Shown here: in pieces, positions 8,089 to 17,531 of the stretch
Position numbering within the stretch: the first letter of the stretch is position 1
Layout of the letters: each line of letters starts with the position of its first letter
Virus record (IMG/VR): IMGVR_UViG_3300027730_000005
Strand: one strand, 5' to 3'
Origin: a virus
Taxonomy: Duplodnaviria; Caudoviricetes
Length of the DNA: 64,000 nucleotides
Position numbers and translations under genes: made by a program
The notes under the pieces: model-generated
Database searches by the model: none
Seen by the model: the letters and a program-made list of their open reading frames with translations, nothing else
What the model was told of the DNA's origin: nothing

Positions 8089-8997
8089 TTAGAAATTGTA
8101 TTCCATTCCAACACCATATTGTTTAACATCGGCCACTGAGTTTACATTATCAATGTTAGCCCAACGACCATGCAGAATCAATGATTTGCTCATCGAGTAC
8201 GCCACACCAAGTGCCTTGGCAGTTACGCCAGTGCTGGTTTCACCGTAGCTGCCCAACAATGCAACTTGTGAATTAAGTGCTTGACGAACACCCACGCTCT
8301 TACCTGTGCTGCCAACACCAGACACTTTGTCATCGCTGTACATGCCAAACACTGTGGTACCTGTTTTGGCCACAGTATATTTGGCACCAAGGATGGTGCT
8401 TGAGCTGTTTACACGGTTGCTGTAACTTGCCACAGTAACAGATACTGGACCTACTGCGTAATCAATGCCGGCAGCATGTGCATTGGCCACACCAGCTGTT
8501 TCGCTGTTGGACACTGCGTAGTTACCTTTGAATCCAGCCACAGTTGGGGTGCTAACAAATACTGCGTTTTGCAAACGGCTACCTTGTGCATTGTGAATTG
8601 TGGCTGCGGATGTACCATACGCATTTTCCATCACATCAAAGTTATCCAACACACGAGTCACACTGTGCTTGTCGCGGCCTAGACCAATGGAACCAAACTT
8701 GCTGTCCAAACTGAACAGAGCAGTGCGATCACCTAGTGTGGTAGCTCCTGGTGCGTCCATTAAAATTCCAGTTTCAACCACTGCACTAGCAGTGATCCCG
8801 CTGCCAACATTGGTTGTGGCCTTAAATCCCAGGCGACTGGAATCATTGGTCAATCGTGTCAATGCACTAGCAGTGCCCAAGGTATAAGATTCTTGATACT
8901 GACGGACTTTGCCATAGATGCTGACTTGAGGGGTGGTTTGTGCCTGAGCAAAACCTGCGGCCAATGCCAGGGCCAATAGTAAAGCATATTTCTTCAT
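8089..8997 (-). CDS. Gram-negative outer-membrane porin
   Basis: Signal peptide MKKYALLLALALAAGFAQA, VSIYG, SRLGFK, LGRD, alternating beta-strands, and C-terminal MEYNF. Confidence 0.88.
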   Translation of the reverse strand: MKKYALLLALALAAGFAQAQTTPQVSIYGKVRQYQESYTLGTASALTRLTNDSSRLGFKATTNVGSGITASAVVETGILMDAPGATTLGDRTALFSLDSKFGSIGLGRDKHSVTRVLDNFDVMENAYGTSAATIHNAQGSRLQNAVFVSTPTVAGFKGNYAVSNSETAGVANAHAAGIDYAVGPVSVTVASYSNRVNSSSTILGAKYTVAKTGTTVFGMYSDDKVSGVGSTGKSVGVRQALNSQVALLGSYGETSTGVTAKALGVAYSMSKSLILHGRWANIDNVNSVADVKQYGVGMEYNF

Positions 8998-9073
8998 GAA
9001 GTTTTCCTTTTAAAAAATTGTTGTTATGTACCCGAAGGCACATTCTTACTTAGCTAGTATAGCAATCTAAGTG

Positions 9074-11002
9074 CTATTTTACGACTAAATTGGCTGCTTC
9101 TGCCTCGGTATATGTGCTCGGAATCAAGTTTCCCTGAGTAGGAATTGAATTGGGTGTGCTAGGAATCACTGTGTCTTGTCCAGCCCCAGCAGCATCCAGA
9201 ACAAATATATTTTTACCTTCTCTCAAACAAGCCACTATGGCTTGCCCACCTTGTGTGCTGAGATTGGCAATGGTTTCAAGAAACTGTGCAGGTCCATCTT
9301 GTTCTGTATTGACTCCATAATCAGGCAAACTCTGTACCAAACTCATAATTGGACCGCGGCTGGTTGGATCTAAATTGGCCACGTCTATGCTGGCTAAAGA
9401 AAGATTAGTATTCTCTAAATTGAGATTAGCAGCCATGGAAATAAAATTATTGTTTAATACCAAAGATTGTGTAGGATACAAACTTTCAATACCAGCAACT
9501 TCAGCAGCGGCCACAGTGATCAATGCATTCAGTGCCGCATCAGGATTGGTATAAGTTCCTGCGCCTGGGCCCGGGGGGATGACCACTGTGTCGTCTATAC
9601 CTGTATTATAAACTCCATCCACGGTATTTTGCATTCGAGTGTAGATGATAATTAATGTGTTCAGGATTCCATCTGATGTCATGCTATTGAGTGTGGTGGT
9701 AACATTGGTAAGATCACTAGTGAACGGTACCCCGACTGCTGCACCCAACAAATCAGTTATGACCAATGTCCCATTGGGACCTGTTCCAGTTGCATACGTG
9801 TTGGCATAGAATTCTGCCACAGATGGCGGAACTGCTGTGGTCAATGAACTTATGAGATCAAGGTCTCGAGTGGTCTCCATGTTAGCAAATGCTAACGCCA
9901 ACTGTATCAAACTCATGTTGTTGATATTTTTAATTTGTTGCAAACTCACCTGCATGGCCTTGCAAGCCAATGCCTGATCTGGTGGGATGATCAAACTCAA
10001 TCTTTGATATGTGATCATATTACTACCGCCCAAGATCAACACATATCGTGGCAAGTAAATCAACAACTTTGAATTCACAGCGCCTTGATTGTTGTCGTAG
10101 ATGGCGCGAAGCACAGTCGATGTCTCTTGATTGTAAGTTCTCACTGTGAGACTGGGATAGCTGTTAGGGAATATCTTGACTGGGTTTAACAAGTCAGCCA
10201 TGTTATTGATATTTGGTGTGCTTACTCCAAACACAGCCAGCACCTGTTCTAGTTCTGTGCCGGTCACAGTCAACATGCCCTGATATGCTAGTCGTTGCAA
10301 ATTGTCACTAACTGTGACATTTGGATTTGCAATGTCGTTGATATCGGTTTGGTCAATTCCTGCCTGAATCAATGCATTGCTTACCCCTGGGATGAGATTG
10401 GTCAATGAAGCCAATCGTCTCAACAACGAAGCTGGTGATCCAAAATTACCAAGGTCAGAAAGATCAATCAGTTGTCCCAGCGCAGCTAGATCAGCACCAA
10501 ATGTCGGCATGGCCAAATTCACATCACTAAGATTCCCAGTGATCAAACTGTTCATTGTAGTAAAAGTTGACCCTAGATAAGTCTGACTGTTGATACTGGT
10601 ATTGATATAGTTGTTAGTTGCACTCACATAGCCTTGTGCTGCTGGAAACACCTGTGCAAACACAGTCACGTTGCCATTGCCAAGATAACTGTTGCCTTGT
10701 TCAGTGATTACCCCGGTGAATCCTGAATTCACATTGATTCCCAGATCAAGATAACCCGCAGGCGTATTGTCAGCCAGTGCCGGTACTGTGGTCGAGCAAA
10801 ACGATGCCATATTGGCCAATGTGTTGGCAGTGATGCCAGCTGGTCCTGAGTTGGCTATTGCAGCAAAGAAAGGAGTAAGCAAAGTGGTACCAGTGTAAGA
10901 AGTTACAGCAGCAGTCCAAGTGTTGGCAATTCTGATGCCACCGTTGTTGCTCAGTGTAGCACCAGCAATCATTTGTAAAGGAGTTAGAATACCAATGGTC
11001 AT
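9074..11002 (-). CDS. Putative virion structural protein (baseplate/tail-associated)
   Basis: 642-aa T/N/G/A-rich ORF immediately downstream of PAAR. The function is inferred from context only. Confidence 0.5.
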   Translation of the reverse strand: MTIGILTPLQMIAGATLSNNGGIRIANTWTAAVTSYTGTTLLTPFFAAIANSGPAGITANTLANMASFCSTTVPALADNTPAGYLDLGINVNSGFTGVITEQGNSYLGNGNVTVFAQVFPAAQGYVSATNNYINTSINSQTYLGSTFTTMNSLITGNLSDVNLAMPTFGADLAALGQLIDLSDLGNFGSPASLLRRLASLTNLIPGVSNALIQAGIDQTDINDIANPNVTVSDNLQRLAYQGMLTVTGTELEQVLAVFGVSTPNINNMADLLNPVKIFPNSYPSLTVRTYNQETSTVLRAIYDNNQGAVNSKLLIYLPRYVLILGGSNMITYQRLSLIIPPDQALACKAMQVSLQQIKNINNMSLIQLALAFANMETTRDLDLISSLTTAVPPSVAEFYANTYATGTGPNGTLVITDLLGAAVGVPFTSDLTNVTTTLNSMTSDGILNTLIIIYTRMQNTVDGVYNTGIDDTVVIPPGPGAGTYTNPDAALNALITVAAAEVAGIESLYPTQSLVLNNNFISMAANLNLENTNLSLASIDVANLDPTSRGPIMSLVQSLPDYGVNTEQDGPAQFLETIANLSTQGGQAIVACLREGKNIFVLDAAGAGQDTVIPSTPNSIPTQGNLIPSTYTEAEAANLVVK

Positions 11003-11005
11003 TGT

Positions 11006-11296
11006 TTATCCTGCAAACACAGTTGCACTACCACTAGCTACAAACGTACAACCAGCAAGGCCATCACCAACTCTTGCCAACGGCTTGCCGCCGACAAATA
11101 CTGTAGAACTTCCACTTGAAATTGGTGCCACGTGCGGCGGACATTTCGTGCCTGCTGGACGCAAATGAGGCGTACTGAGATCGCCAAGTCTAGCAGCAGG
11201 TTTTGAATTGACAAATACTGTGGCACTGCCTTGAGCAATGCTAAATCCGCTGCAATGTGGAACTCCTTGATCACCCAATCTCGCTACTGGTCGCAT
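11006..11296 (-). CDS. PAAR spike-tip protein (gp5.4-like)
   Basis: PVARLGD, PAARLGD and PLARVGD repeats, and SGSSTVFVGG. Start reassigned. Confidence 0.92.
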   Translation of the reverse strand: MRPVARLGDQGVPHCSGFSIAQGSATVFVNSKPAARLGDLSTPHLRPAGTKCPPHVAPISSGSSTVFVGGKPLARVGDGLAGCTFVASGSATVFAG

Positions 11297-11486
11297 ACGC
11301 TTTCTCCATAAGTCTATTAAACAGACCCAGCCAGGCGTCAATTTCTTTGTGCTGCTGTTGAGTATGCGGCTCCGGAGGGATTTCCGGAAGAAATTCTATC
11401 ACATGGTCCAGGTCGTCAGGGATATCGTCATAGCAATCGTATACTTCAATTATATCGCGCCTCATGATTACAAATCTGTGTCCCAT
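11271..11486 (-). CDS. Hypothetical protein
   Basis: ATG 4 nt below TATAAATA (11491-11498); start reassigned. Confidence 0.65.
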   Translation of the reverse strand: MGHRFVIMRRDIIEVYDCYDDIPDDLDHVIEFLPEIPPEPHTQQQHKEIDAWLGLFNRLMEKAYATSSEIG

Positions 11487-11490
11487 ATTG

Positions 11491-11498
11491 TATTTATA
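11491..11498 (-). promoter_or_regulatory. T4-type late promoter
   Basis: TATAAATA upstream of the PAAR-containing structural run. Confidence 0.75.
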
Positions 11499-11514
11499 GG
11501 AGCAAAAACTCGTA

Positions 11515-11805
11515 TCAGCCCAAATGTATACTGGTGGTGCTTTGCATGTATTGGTCAGCAAATGATTTGTCACTGGCCACCGCAACAGTTACTGTGAGTT
11601 TACTCAAGTTGATATCTTTGTCTGGTGCCACAGTGAACAGGTATGGCATCAACCCTGGTCCCTTGGCACCCATGGCAATTACCATGGGCTTTGACAGTTT
11701 GTAATGTGTAGCAGTTTCTTCATTGAGTCTTGCCACTAATTCTTCACCTGATGTGAGTTTGAGTGTGACTACTTCGCCTGCGCTAACGCCTTTGTCTATT
11801 AACAT
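11515..11805 (-). CDS. Small beta-rich protein (Sm-like fold suspected)
   Basis: VTLKLTSGEELVARL...LSKPM motif. Confidence 0.55.
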   Translation of the reverse strand: MLIDKGVSAGEVVTLKLTSGEELVARLNEETATHYKLSKPMVIAMGAKGPGLMPYLFTVAPDKDINLSKLTVTVAVASDKSFADQYMQSTTSIHLG

Positions 11806-11840
11806 AATTTTAAACTTTCTTTTGAATTGACATTTGTAAT

Positions 11841-12086
11841 TTACTCCCCATATCCGCCAGCAGTTTCTTCAATGTATTTTTTTAATTCTTGAAACCCCCC
11901 AATGTGGTTGTTATGTACAAAAATTTGTGGTACTGTTCTTGCTGTGGGCACTGCTTCTAACAAGTCTTCTCGGGTGTATCCGTGCCCAATTTTCTTTTCT
12001 TCATATGCAATATTGCGTTGCTTTAACAAAGCTTTGGCTTGGTCGCAGAATGTGCAATTGTCTTTTGACCAGACGATGGCTGTCAT
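11841..12086 (-). CDS. Glutaredoxin
   Basis: CTFC active site and TVPQIF...IGGF; adjacent to nrdB. Confidence 0.92.
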   Translation of the reverse strand: MTAIVWSKDNCTFCDQAKALLKQRNIAYEEKKIGHGYTREDLLEAVPTARTVPQIFVHNNHIGGFQELKKYIEETAGGYGE

Positions 12087-12095
12087 ATTTTTCCT

Positions 12096-13196
12096 TTATA
12101 AATTTGGTAGTTGATCATAATCAAGTTCAGACGACATAATACCAATTACGTAGTTAGTTGACTCATTTTCTTGCAAGGCCGTCTGTTTGCTGGATGTTGA
12201 GACATGTTTGTTGAACCATGGAATAGGTGTGCTGCGTGGTGCTGCGGTTTGATATTTGATACCAATGTCTTTGAGAGCACCAACTGCTGTGTAGTCCACA
12301 AAATCTTTGAGAATGTTTGCATTGAGACCAATTACTGGACCCATCTTGAACAAATGCTCAGCCCAGGCTTTTTCTTCACGGATCACATCCTGATACAAGG
12401 CATACACTTCTGCTTCGCAAGCGTCTTTGACCGCAGCAAATCGGTTGTCTTCTTTGATAACTTGGTTGATAAGATATGCAGTCCATCCTTTGTGCAGCAA
12501 TTCGTCTTGCAGAATCAATCCAATAATGTTGCCATTGCCAATGAAGATTTTGTTCTCTACCATGGCCAAGCTAGTGGCAAACGATACCATGAATCGGAAT
12601 GCTTCCAGTGCATAACTGGCATGCAATGCCATCCAAATTGTTCGAACATGTTCACGTTCTTCCACCGGTTGCCCTAGTTCTTTTGCACAGTTGATTCTGT
12701 GTAAGTCATCATAATATCGTCCTACACTTGATGCCATGTCTACAATTTCTGTGGTGTCATGAATGGTATTGAAAACATCTTTAGGCACGTTATAGATATT
12801 ACGAATGATATGGCTGTAACTCTTTGAATGGATATTTGTTTCAAAGAATCCCCAGTTATACATCAATGCTTCTACTTCGGGCAAGCTGCATACCGGCGTG
12901 AATACCTGTGTAGGTCCACGTCCTTGCAAACTGTCCAATGCAGTCTGCCGCAGTAAATTGCTAGTAAAGATATGTTTGACTGCATCACTGGCATCTTTAA
13001 AGTCATTGGCATCTTTGCTGAGACTGATCTCTTCAGGTTGCCAGAAGAAGCCACGTGCAGTGGCTTCAAAGTCTGCAATCTTTTTATACTTGACTTCTTC
13101 AAAGCGTTGAATAGTAACTGGACCTGCTGGGTCCAGAAACATCTTGCGATTCAAATAATCTGTCTTTGTGTTTAGGTTATATTGTGCTTGGCTCAT
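12096..13196 (-). CDS. nrdB: Ribonucleotide reductase class Ia beta subunit
   Basis: FFWQPEEI, ETNIHSKSY (metal ligands plus radical Tyr), LEAFRF, DELLH, ALQENE. Confidence 0.95.
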   Translation of the reverse strand: MSQAQYNLNTKTDYLNRKMFLDPAGPVTIQRFEEVKYKKIADFEATARGFFWQPEEISLSKDANDFKDASDAVKHIFTSNLLRQTALDSLQGRGPTQVFTPVCSLPEVEALMYNWGFFETNIHSKSYSHIIRNIYNVPKDVFNTIHDTTEIVDMASSVGRYYDDLHRINCAKELGQPVEEREHVRTIWMALHASYALEAFRFMVSFATSLAMVENKIFIGNGNIIGLILQDELLHKGWTAYLINQVIKEDNRFAAVKDACEAEVYALYQDVIREEKAWAEHLFKMGPVIGLNANILKDFVDYTAVGALKDIGIKYQTAAPRSTPIPWFNKHVSTSSKQTALQENESTNYVIGIMSSELDYDQLPNL

Positions 13197-15025
13197 AATT
13201 TACAACTTTCGCAATCTTCTTCTTCATCAAAATCTATATGTTCTAACATCGGCGGTGCGATTTCAGCATCAGCTTTGCTACCCTGTTTATTCACGAGGCT
13301 ATAATAGAAGGTCTTGAGGCCCCACATATGTGCTTGCATCAAGTTCTTTGCTATCAATGTAGTTGGAACTTTACGGTCAGCGTAGTGTGCAGGGTTATAG
13401 AATGTGTTAGTACTGATACTTTGATCTACATAAGCCGCTAATACTGCTGCGGTTTTTAAGTAACCATCACAGTCTTTTTGTTCCCACATCAATTGATACT
13501 TGTTCTTTAGTTTGTGATATTCTGGAACAACTTGTGTAAAGCTACCTGCTTTACTTTCTTTAACACTAATCAAACTCATGGGCATCTCAATGCCATTTGT
13601 ACTGTTAATAACTACACTACTTGATTCTACTGGAGCAATAGCCATTTGTGTAGCATTACGTACACCGTGTTCTTTCATGTTAACACGTAATGTTTCCCAA
13701 TCTAGTTCTGGAGCAAAGTCAGTTAATTGATTAACACCTTTGGCTCTTAGTTCCCAGGGGAATACTCCTTGACCATATCTTGTCTTGTCGCTACCTTCAC
13801 ACTTGCCTCTTTCTTTGGCAAGTTCTACACTTGCTTCTGTTAGATAGAATGCTAGATGTTCTGCCCAAATTTTAACTTCAGCTAATGCATCTTTCTCACC
13901 GTACTTGAGACTACGCTTTGCATGCCAATATGCTAAGTTAGTTACACCAATGCCCAATGGACGAATCTCATCGTTGCTCAGTTTAGACTGAATGGAGAGA
14001 AAGTCTTGATAGTCAAGAATGTTATTGAGGCTACGATGCAATATGCGACAAGCACGGCGCATATCTTCGGGATTTCTAAACGCACCCCAATTTATACTTC
14101 CAAGTGTACAGAGGGCTATCCTGCCGGTATCGTCATCTAATCGCTTAAAACTTTTTGTCGGAAGTAGGATCTCACAACAGAGGTTGCTTTGATAGATGGT
14201 ATGATACTCTGGATCAAACGGTCCTTGTTTCATTACATTATCTATGAACACAAGATAGATACGTCCAGTGTCAGTGCGCTCTTTCAGTATGCCTGACTTG
14301 AATACTTCTTCTGCACTCATAGTCTTAGTACGCAGGTCTTTGCGCTTTTCATATTTAACATAAAGTTCTTCAAATCTTTCTGTATTTTGATAGAACGCTT
14401 CGTACAAATCAGGAACTTCATTTGGATCAAAGAATGTTATTTGTTCTTTGTTTTTGAATCTTCTCCAGAAGAAAGCACTAAGCACAACCCCATAATCCAT
14501 ATGACGGACTCGGGTTTCTTCTGTTCCTTGGTTGTTCTTAAGGACAATAAGATCATCAAACTGATGATGCCAAATGGGATAAAAAACTGTAGCACTTGCA
14601 TTACGAATACCTCCTTGCGAATTGTGTGTCAATACCATTGGACCATTGCTACTAGAGGAAGCAAAAAAGGTATGAGTATCTTCTACTGTAATATCAATAT
14701 AGCCAGTATCGTTTTGCTGTTCAAAATCAGAAACTAGCAAACGAGTAAATCCTGTTTCAGTGAGAACAAGATGATCGTTAGTAAGTTCCTTAGGTTTTTT
14801 CTGTAAGAACGATCCCGAGTCGCTCCATACCATTATGGGGTGATTTACGGAGCAGTTTAACACAACACCGTTTTCAAACTGCAAACGAACTTGATCTTCT
14901 GTTTTTACAATAGTATCCCACTTGTTAGTTACTGCTTTAAACAATATATCTCCTTGCTCATTTTTTGTTTTAACTTTCATCCCTATCACAAGGTCTTTAA
15001 TCTGAATCTTTTTAGTTTTTACCAT
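13193..15025 (-). CDS. nrdA: Ribonucleotide reductase alpha, C-terminal part, preceded by a split-intein C-fragment
   Basis: After residue 135: SQGGIRNASAT, QSNLCCEI, IALCTL, KTFYYS, and C-terminal CESC. Confidence 0.93.
   Translation of the reverse strand: MVKTKKIQIKDLVIGMKVKTKNEQGDILFKAVTNKWDTIVKTEDQVRLQFENGVVLNCSVNHPIMVWSDSGSFLQKKPKELTNDHLVLTETGFTRLLVSDFEQQNDTGYIDITVEDTHTFFASSSSNGPMVLTHNSQGGIRNASATVFYPIWHHQFDDLIVLKNNQGTEETRVRHMDYGVVLSAFFWRRFKNKEQITFFDPNEVPDLYEAFYQNTERFEELYVKYEKRKDLRTKTMSAEEVFKSGILKERTDTGRIYLVFIDNVMKQGPFDPEYHTIYQSNLCCEILLPTKSFKRLDDDTGRIALCTLGSINWGAFRNPEDMRRACRILHRSLNNILDYQDFLSIQSKLSNDEIRPLGIGVTNLAYWHAKRSLKYGEKDALAEVKIWAEHLAFYLTEASVELAKERGKCEGSDKTRYGQGVFPWELRAKGVNQLTDFAPELDWETLRVNMKEHGVRNATQMAIAPVESSSVVINSTNGIEMPMSLISVKESKAGSFTQVVPEYHKLKNKYQLMWEQKDCDGYLKTAAVLAAYVDQSISTNTFYNPAHYADRKVPTTLIAKNLMQAHMWGLKTFYYSLVNKQGSKADAEIAPPMLEHIDFDEEEDCESCKL
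14621..15025 (-). mobile_element. Split intein C-fragment (IntC, 135 aa)
   Basis: Block B CSVNHP, block F YIDITVEDTHTFFA, block G THN followed by extein Ser+1. Confidence 0.9.
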
Positions 15026-16121
15026 TTTCGTGCTCTTTTCTTGTTATTGTTTCAATATCATTAAATTTTGCAGACATGTCATATTGTTTGACTTTCAGTA
15101 CTGTTTTTCCTCTAGTTGCTCTATAATATTGATCTAATAATTCTTTTGATTTAAAGAATTTACTGTCTACCTTATAGAAAACTTTAGTGGTCTGATTAGC
15201 ATAATCGTTAATATTAATTTGATATTCTTCTTTGTCTATTATAACAGTTTTTCTTTTAGAAATTGAATAAACTACCACATTTCCGGTGTTATGATGTTTA
15301 TATAAATCCCTATCATAATTTTCTTTTTTTACTAATTTCTTCTCTCCTGTTACCCTGTCTGTAACTGGAATTAAACCAAATGTATTTCCAATGTACCGAC
15401 CATTTGAATTGTTGAAATCTTCTTGTGTTATAGTTACTCTAGTGTTAGTGGTTGTGTCGTGTGCAACCACTTTCCCTTTAGTAAGTCCCACATATCTACT
15501 GTCCGCTTGAAATACTGATTTTGGAATCCTACATGATTGTCCAGTCACTGTATCCAATGCTAAGACATAATTCTTAAATTCAGTAGAATGAATGCTAGGA
15601 TCAAAATCTGAAGTATATATCTTTTTAATTCCGGTTTCTGTTCTTATATTCATCATACCTTTTGAAATATGTAGATGTTTTCCAGTAGCAAATTCTTCCA
15701 CACTTACCCGATACGTATTTCCACTAGAATCTTTGCATAATACAGACCCTGCTCCGCAGTTTGAGCCACCTGCAGTTAGAGAGTTTATAAAAATAGAGTT
15801 CTTACCAACTTGATGCTTTTGATGGAATATTTTTTCTGCCGTAAACGCATCACTCCTGGTAGTGAAGTATTCAATTCTATACTCAAATAAGTATGGCATC
15901 TTTTTTAGTTTTTCTTTAAAATCAACTACGGTTGAACTAGTAAAGTATTTTACCAACAAATCGTGCTTATTACAGCCTTCAACCCCACGAGAACCGGAAT
16001 AAAACTTTCCAGTCTCTGTATCTTTAATAGTATAGCAGTAGTAAGCCGAATTTGATAGCATATTAGTTTGTGCTCCGTTGTATGATTCTAGTAAATAATT
16101 TAGCATTTCGTATACCCCCAT
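15012..16121 (-). CDS. Free-standing GIY-YIG-like (Seg-type) homing endonuclease
   Basis: YYCYTIKDTETGKFYSGSR, FTAEK, FINS, then about six ~30-aa repeats. Visibly AT-rich and lies between the nrdA halves. Confidence 0.75.
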   Translation of the reverse strand: MGVYEMLNYLLESYNGAQTNMLSNSAYYCYTIKDTETGKFYSGSRGVEGCNKHDLLVKYFTSSTVVDFKEKLKKMPYLFEYRIEYFTTRSDAFTAEKIFHQKHQVGKNSIFINSLTAGGSNCGAGSVLCKDSSGNTYRVSVEEFATGKHLHISKGMMNIRTETGIKKIYTSDFDPSIHSTEFKNYVLALDTVTGQSCRIPKSVFQADSRYVGLTKGKVVAHDTTTNTRVTITQEDFNNSNGRYIGNTFGLIPVTDRVTGEKKLVKKENYDRDLYKHHNTGNVVVYSISKRKTVIIDKEEYQININDYANQTTKVFYKVDSKFFKSKELLDQYYRATRGKTVLKVKQYDMSAKFNDIETITRKEHENGKN

Positions 16122-16124
16122 TAT

Positions 16125-16130
16125 TATTTA
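16125..16130 (-). promoter_or_regulatory. Late promoter core for the endonuclease
   Basis: TAAATA 3 nt upstream of the first ATG (16121); a second copy lies at 16152-16157. Confidence 0.6.
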
Positions 16131-16150
16131 TGCTTGTGTGCGAAAAACTA

Positions 16151-17104
16151 TTATTTAGCAATAGAATCATCCTCATCTAGTACTTCTATCCAAGTATCCG
16201 GAGTTACACAGCAAGACCTTAAATCTCCAAACCACTTCTTTAAAAATGGTATCATGCCGGTATGCATGATCTCACCACCGCGGATGGGTGAGCCTAGTGG
16301 TCGTAGTCGTCCAATCTCTAACCCAATGCCAGCACGTTTGCTGGCATACTTGGCCATCATTTCCCCACTAGCGAATATACTATCGAGATCATCATCGCTG
16401 CGAATAAGAACGCAGCTAGAGAATTGTTTAGTAGGAGTTCCAAGACCAGCGAGAACAGGAGTAGCAAGAGTAAATAAGCCATCACTTGCAGCATTGTAAT
16501 ATTCCTTTATATAGCGCATTCTTGCTGAGTTTGGTTCTTCCGAGTGAAAAACTGTAGCCGCTGCAACCATGTAACGAACTTGGGGAGTTTCATAAGTTTC
16601 CTTTGTGGCACGATTCTTCACAAGATATTTTTCAATCAATTGCTCGATAGCGGCATAGCCATATTGTTCGTCCTTGGAATGATCTATCATGTCCTGCATA
16701 CGGTTCCAATCAGATTCGTCGTACCATTCCAATAGTTCAGGAGTGTACAAGCCCGTGGCTACGTTTTTCTTTACAATCTCATACAAGTGGGGAGGCTCAT
16801 AAGAGCCATATACATCTTTTCTCAACATGCTAAGACGTTGCTTACCTGCCACATATTGATAGTTAGTGTGCCCAACATCTGGATTATGTTCTATATCGAT
16901 CAAGTCCACAATGGCTCGTAGTGTGATACCATCAATTTCTTTGGTAGTGATGCCATCATAAAAGTGCATCTGGGCTTTGATTTCTACCATGCTTTGACTT
17001 ACATCTGCAATGCCTGCACATACTTTGGCAATTTGGGTTTGCCACTTTTCTAGGCTTAATTGTTCTTTTCTTCCGTTACGTTTAATAACTGTGATTTGTG
17101 TCAT
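16151..17104 (-). CDS. nrdA: Ribonucleotide reductase alpha, N-terminal part, ending in a split-intein N-fragment
   Basis: ATP-cone (VIKRNG), ETPQ, TPVLAGLG, QFSSCVLI, GIG...R, KKWFGDLRSC, then a non-RNR tail. Confidence 0.93.
   Translation of the reverse strand: MTQITVIKRNGRKEQLSLEKWQTQIAKVCAGIADVSQSMVEIKAQMHFYDGITTKEIDGITLRAIVDLIDIEHNPDVGHTNYQYVAGKQRLSMLRKDVYGSYEPPHLYEIVKKNVATGLYTPELLEWYDESDWNRMQDMIDHSKDEQYGYAAIEQLIEKYLVKNRATKETYETPQVRYMVAAATVFHSEEPNSARMRYIKEYYNAASDGLFTLATPVLAGLGTPTKQFSSCVLIRSDDDLDSIFASGEMMAKYASKRAGIGLEIGRLRPLGSPIRGGEIMHTGMIPFLKKWFGDLRSCCVTPDTWIEVLDEDDSIAK
16154..16210 (-). mobile_element. Split intein N-fragment (IntN, 19 aa)
   Basis: CVTPDTWIEVLDEDDSIAK fits intein block A (C-x-x-x-x-T-x-I/V) and sits exactly where SQGG should follow RSC. 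Confidence 0.88.
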
Positions 17105-17108
17105 ATAC

Positions 17109-17531
17109 TCAATATAGTTGTTGTTTTACATCGCTCTGCGTGATGTGATGTCTATTCTGCTGTAGGTTGATATTTAACCCTGGAGACTGGTCCCAATTCA
17201 ATATATATTTCCCATTCTCTACTAGGACTAAATTGCCCCGATCTGATTCGATCAGCATAGCGTCTTGAAGATCGTAACGATCCAGCACAGTAATAGTATA
17301 CAGGATTCCTAGCCCGCGAGCAAGATCACAATAGATGTTGTCGCTCAAAAGTTGCCAGGGATCTGGCCAATCCGCTTGATCGTCCCAGTGTAAATGATAA
17401 GCTCGCCAGGGAGTTTGTTGCCACCAGGAATTGATCTCCTCTAGGGCATCCGGCTTAGGCAGTGTGCAAACGCGATTTCGTAAAACGTTCCACGCTGCCA
17501 AACGTTGTTCAAAGGTTGAACACCACATCAA
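17109..17531 (-). CDS. Hypothetical protein
   Basis: 140-aa Trp-rich ORF coupled to the upstream gene. Confidence 0.7.
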   Translation of the reverse strand: MMWCSTFEQRLAAWNVLRNRVCTLPKPDALEEINSWWQQTPWRAYHLHWDDQADWPDPWQLLSDNIYCDLARGLGILYTITVLDRYDLQDAMLIESDRGNLVLVENGKYILNWDQSPGLNINLQQNRHHITQSDVKQQLY

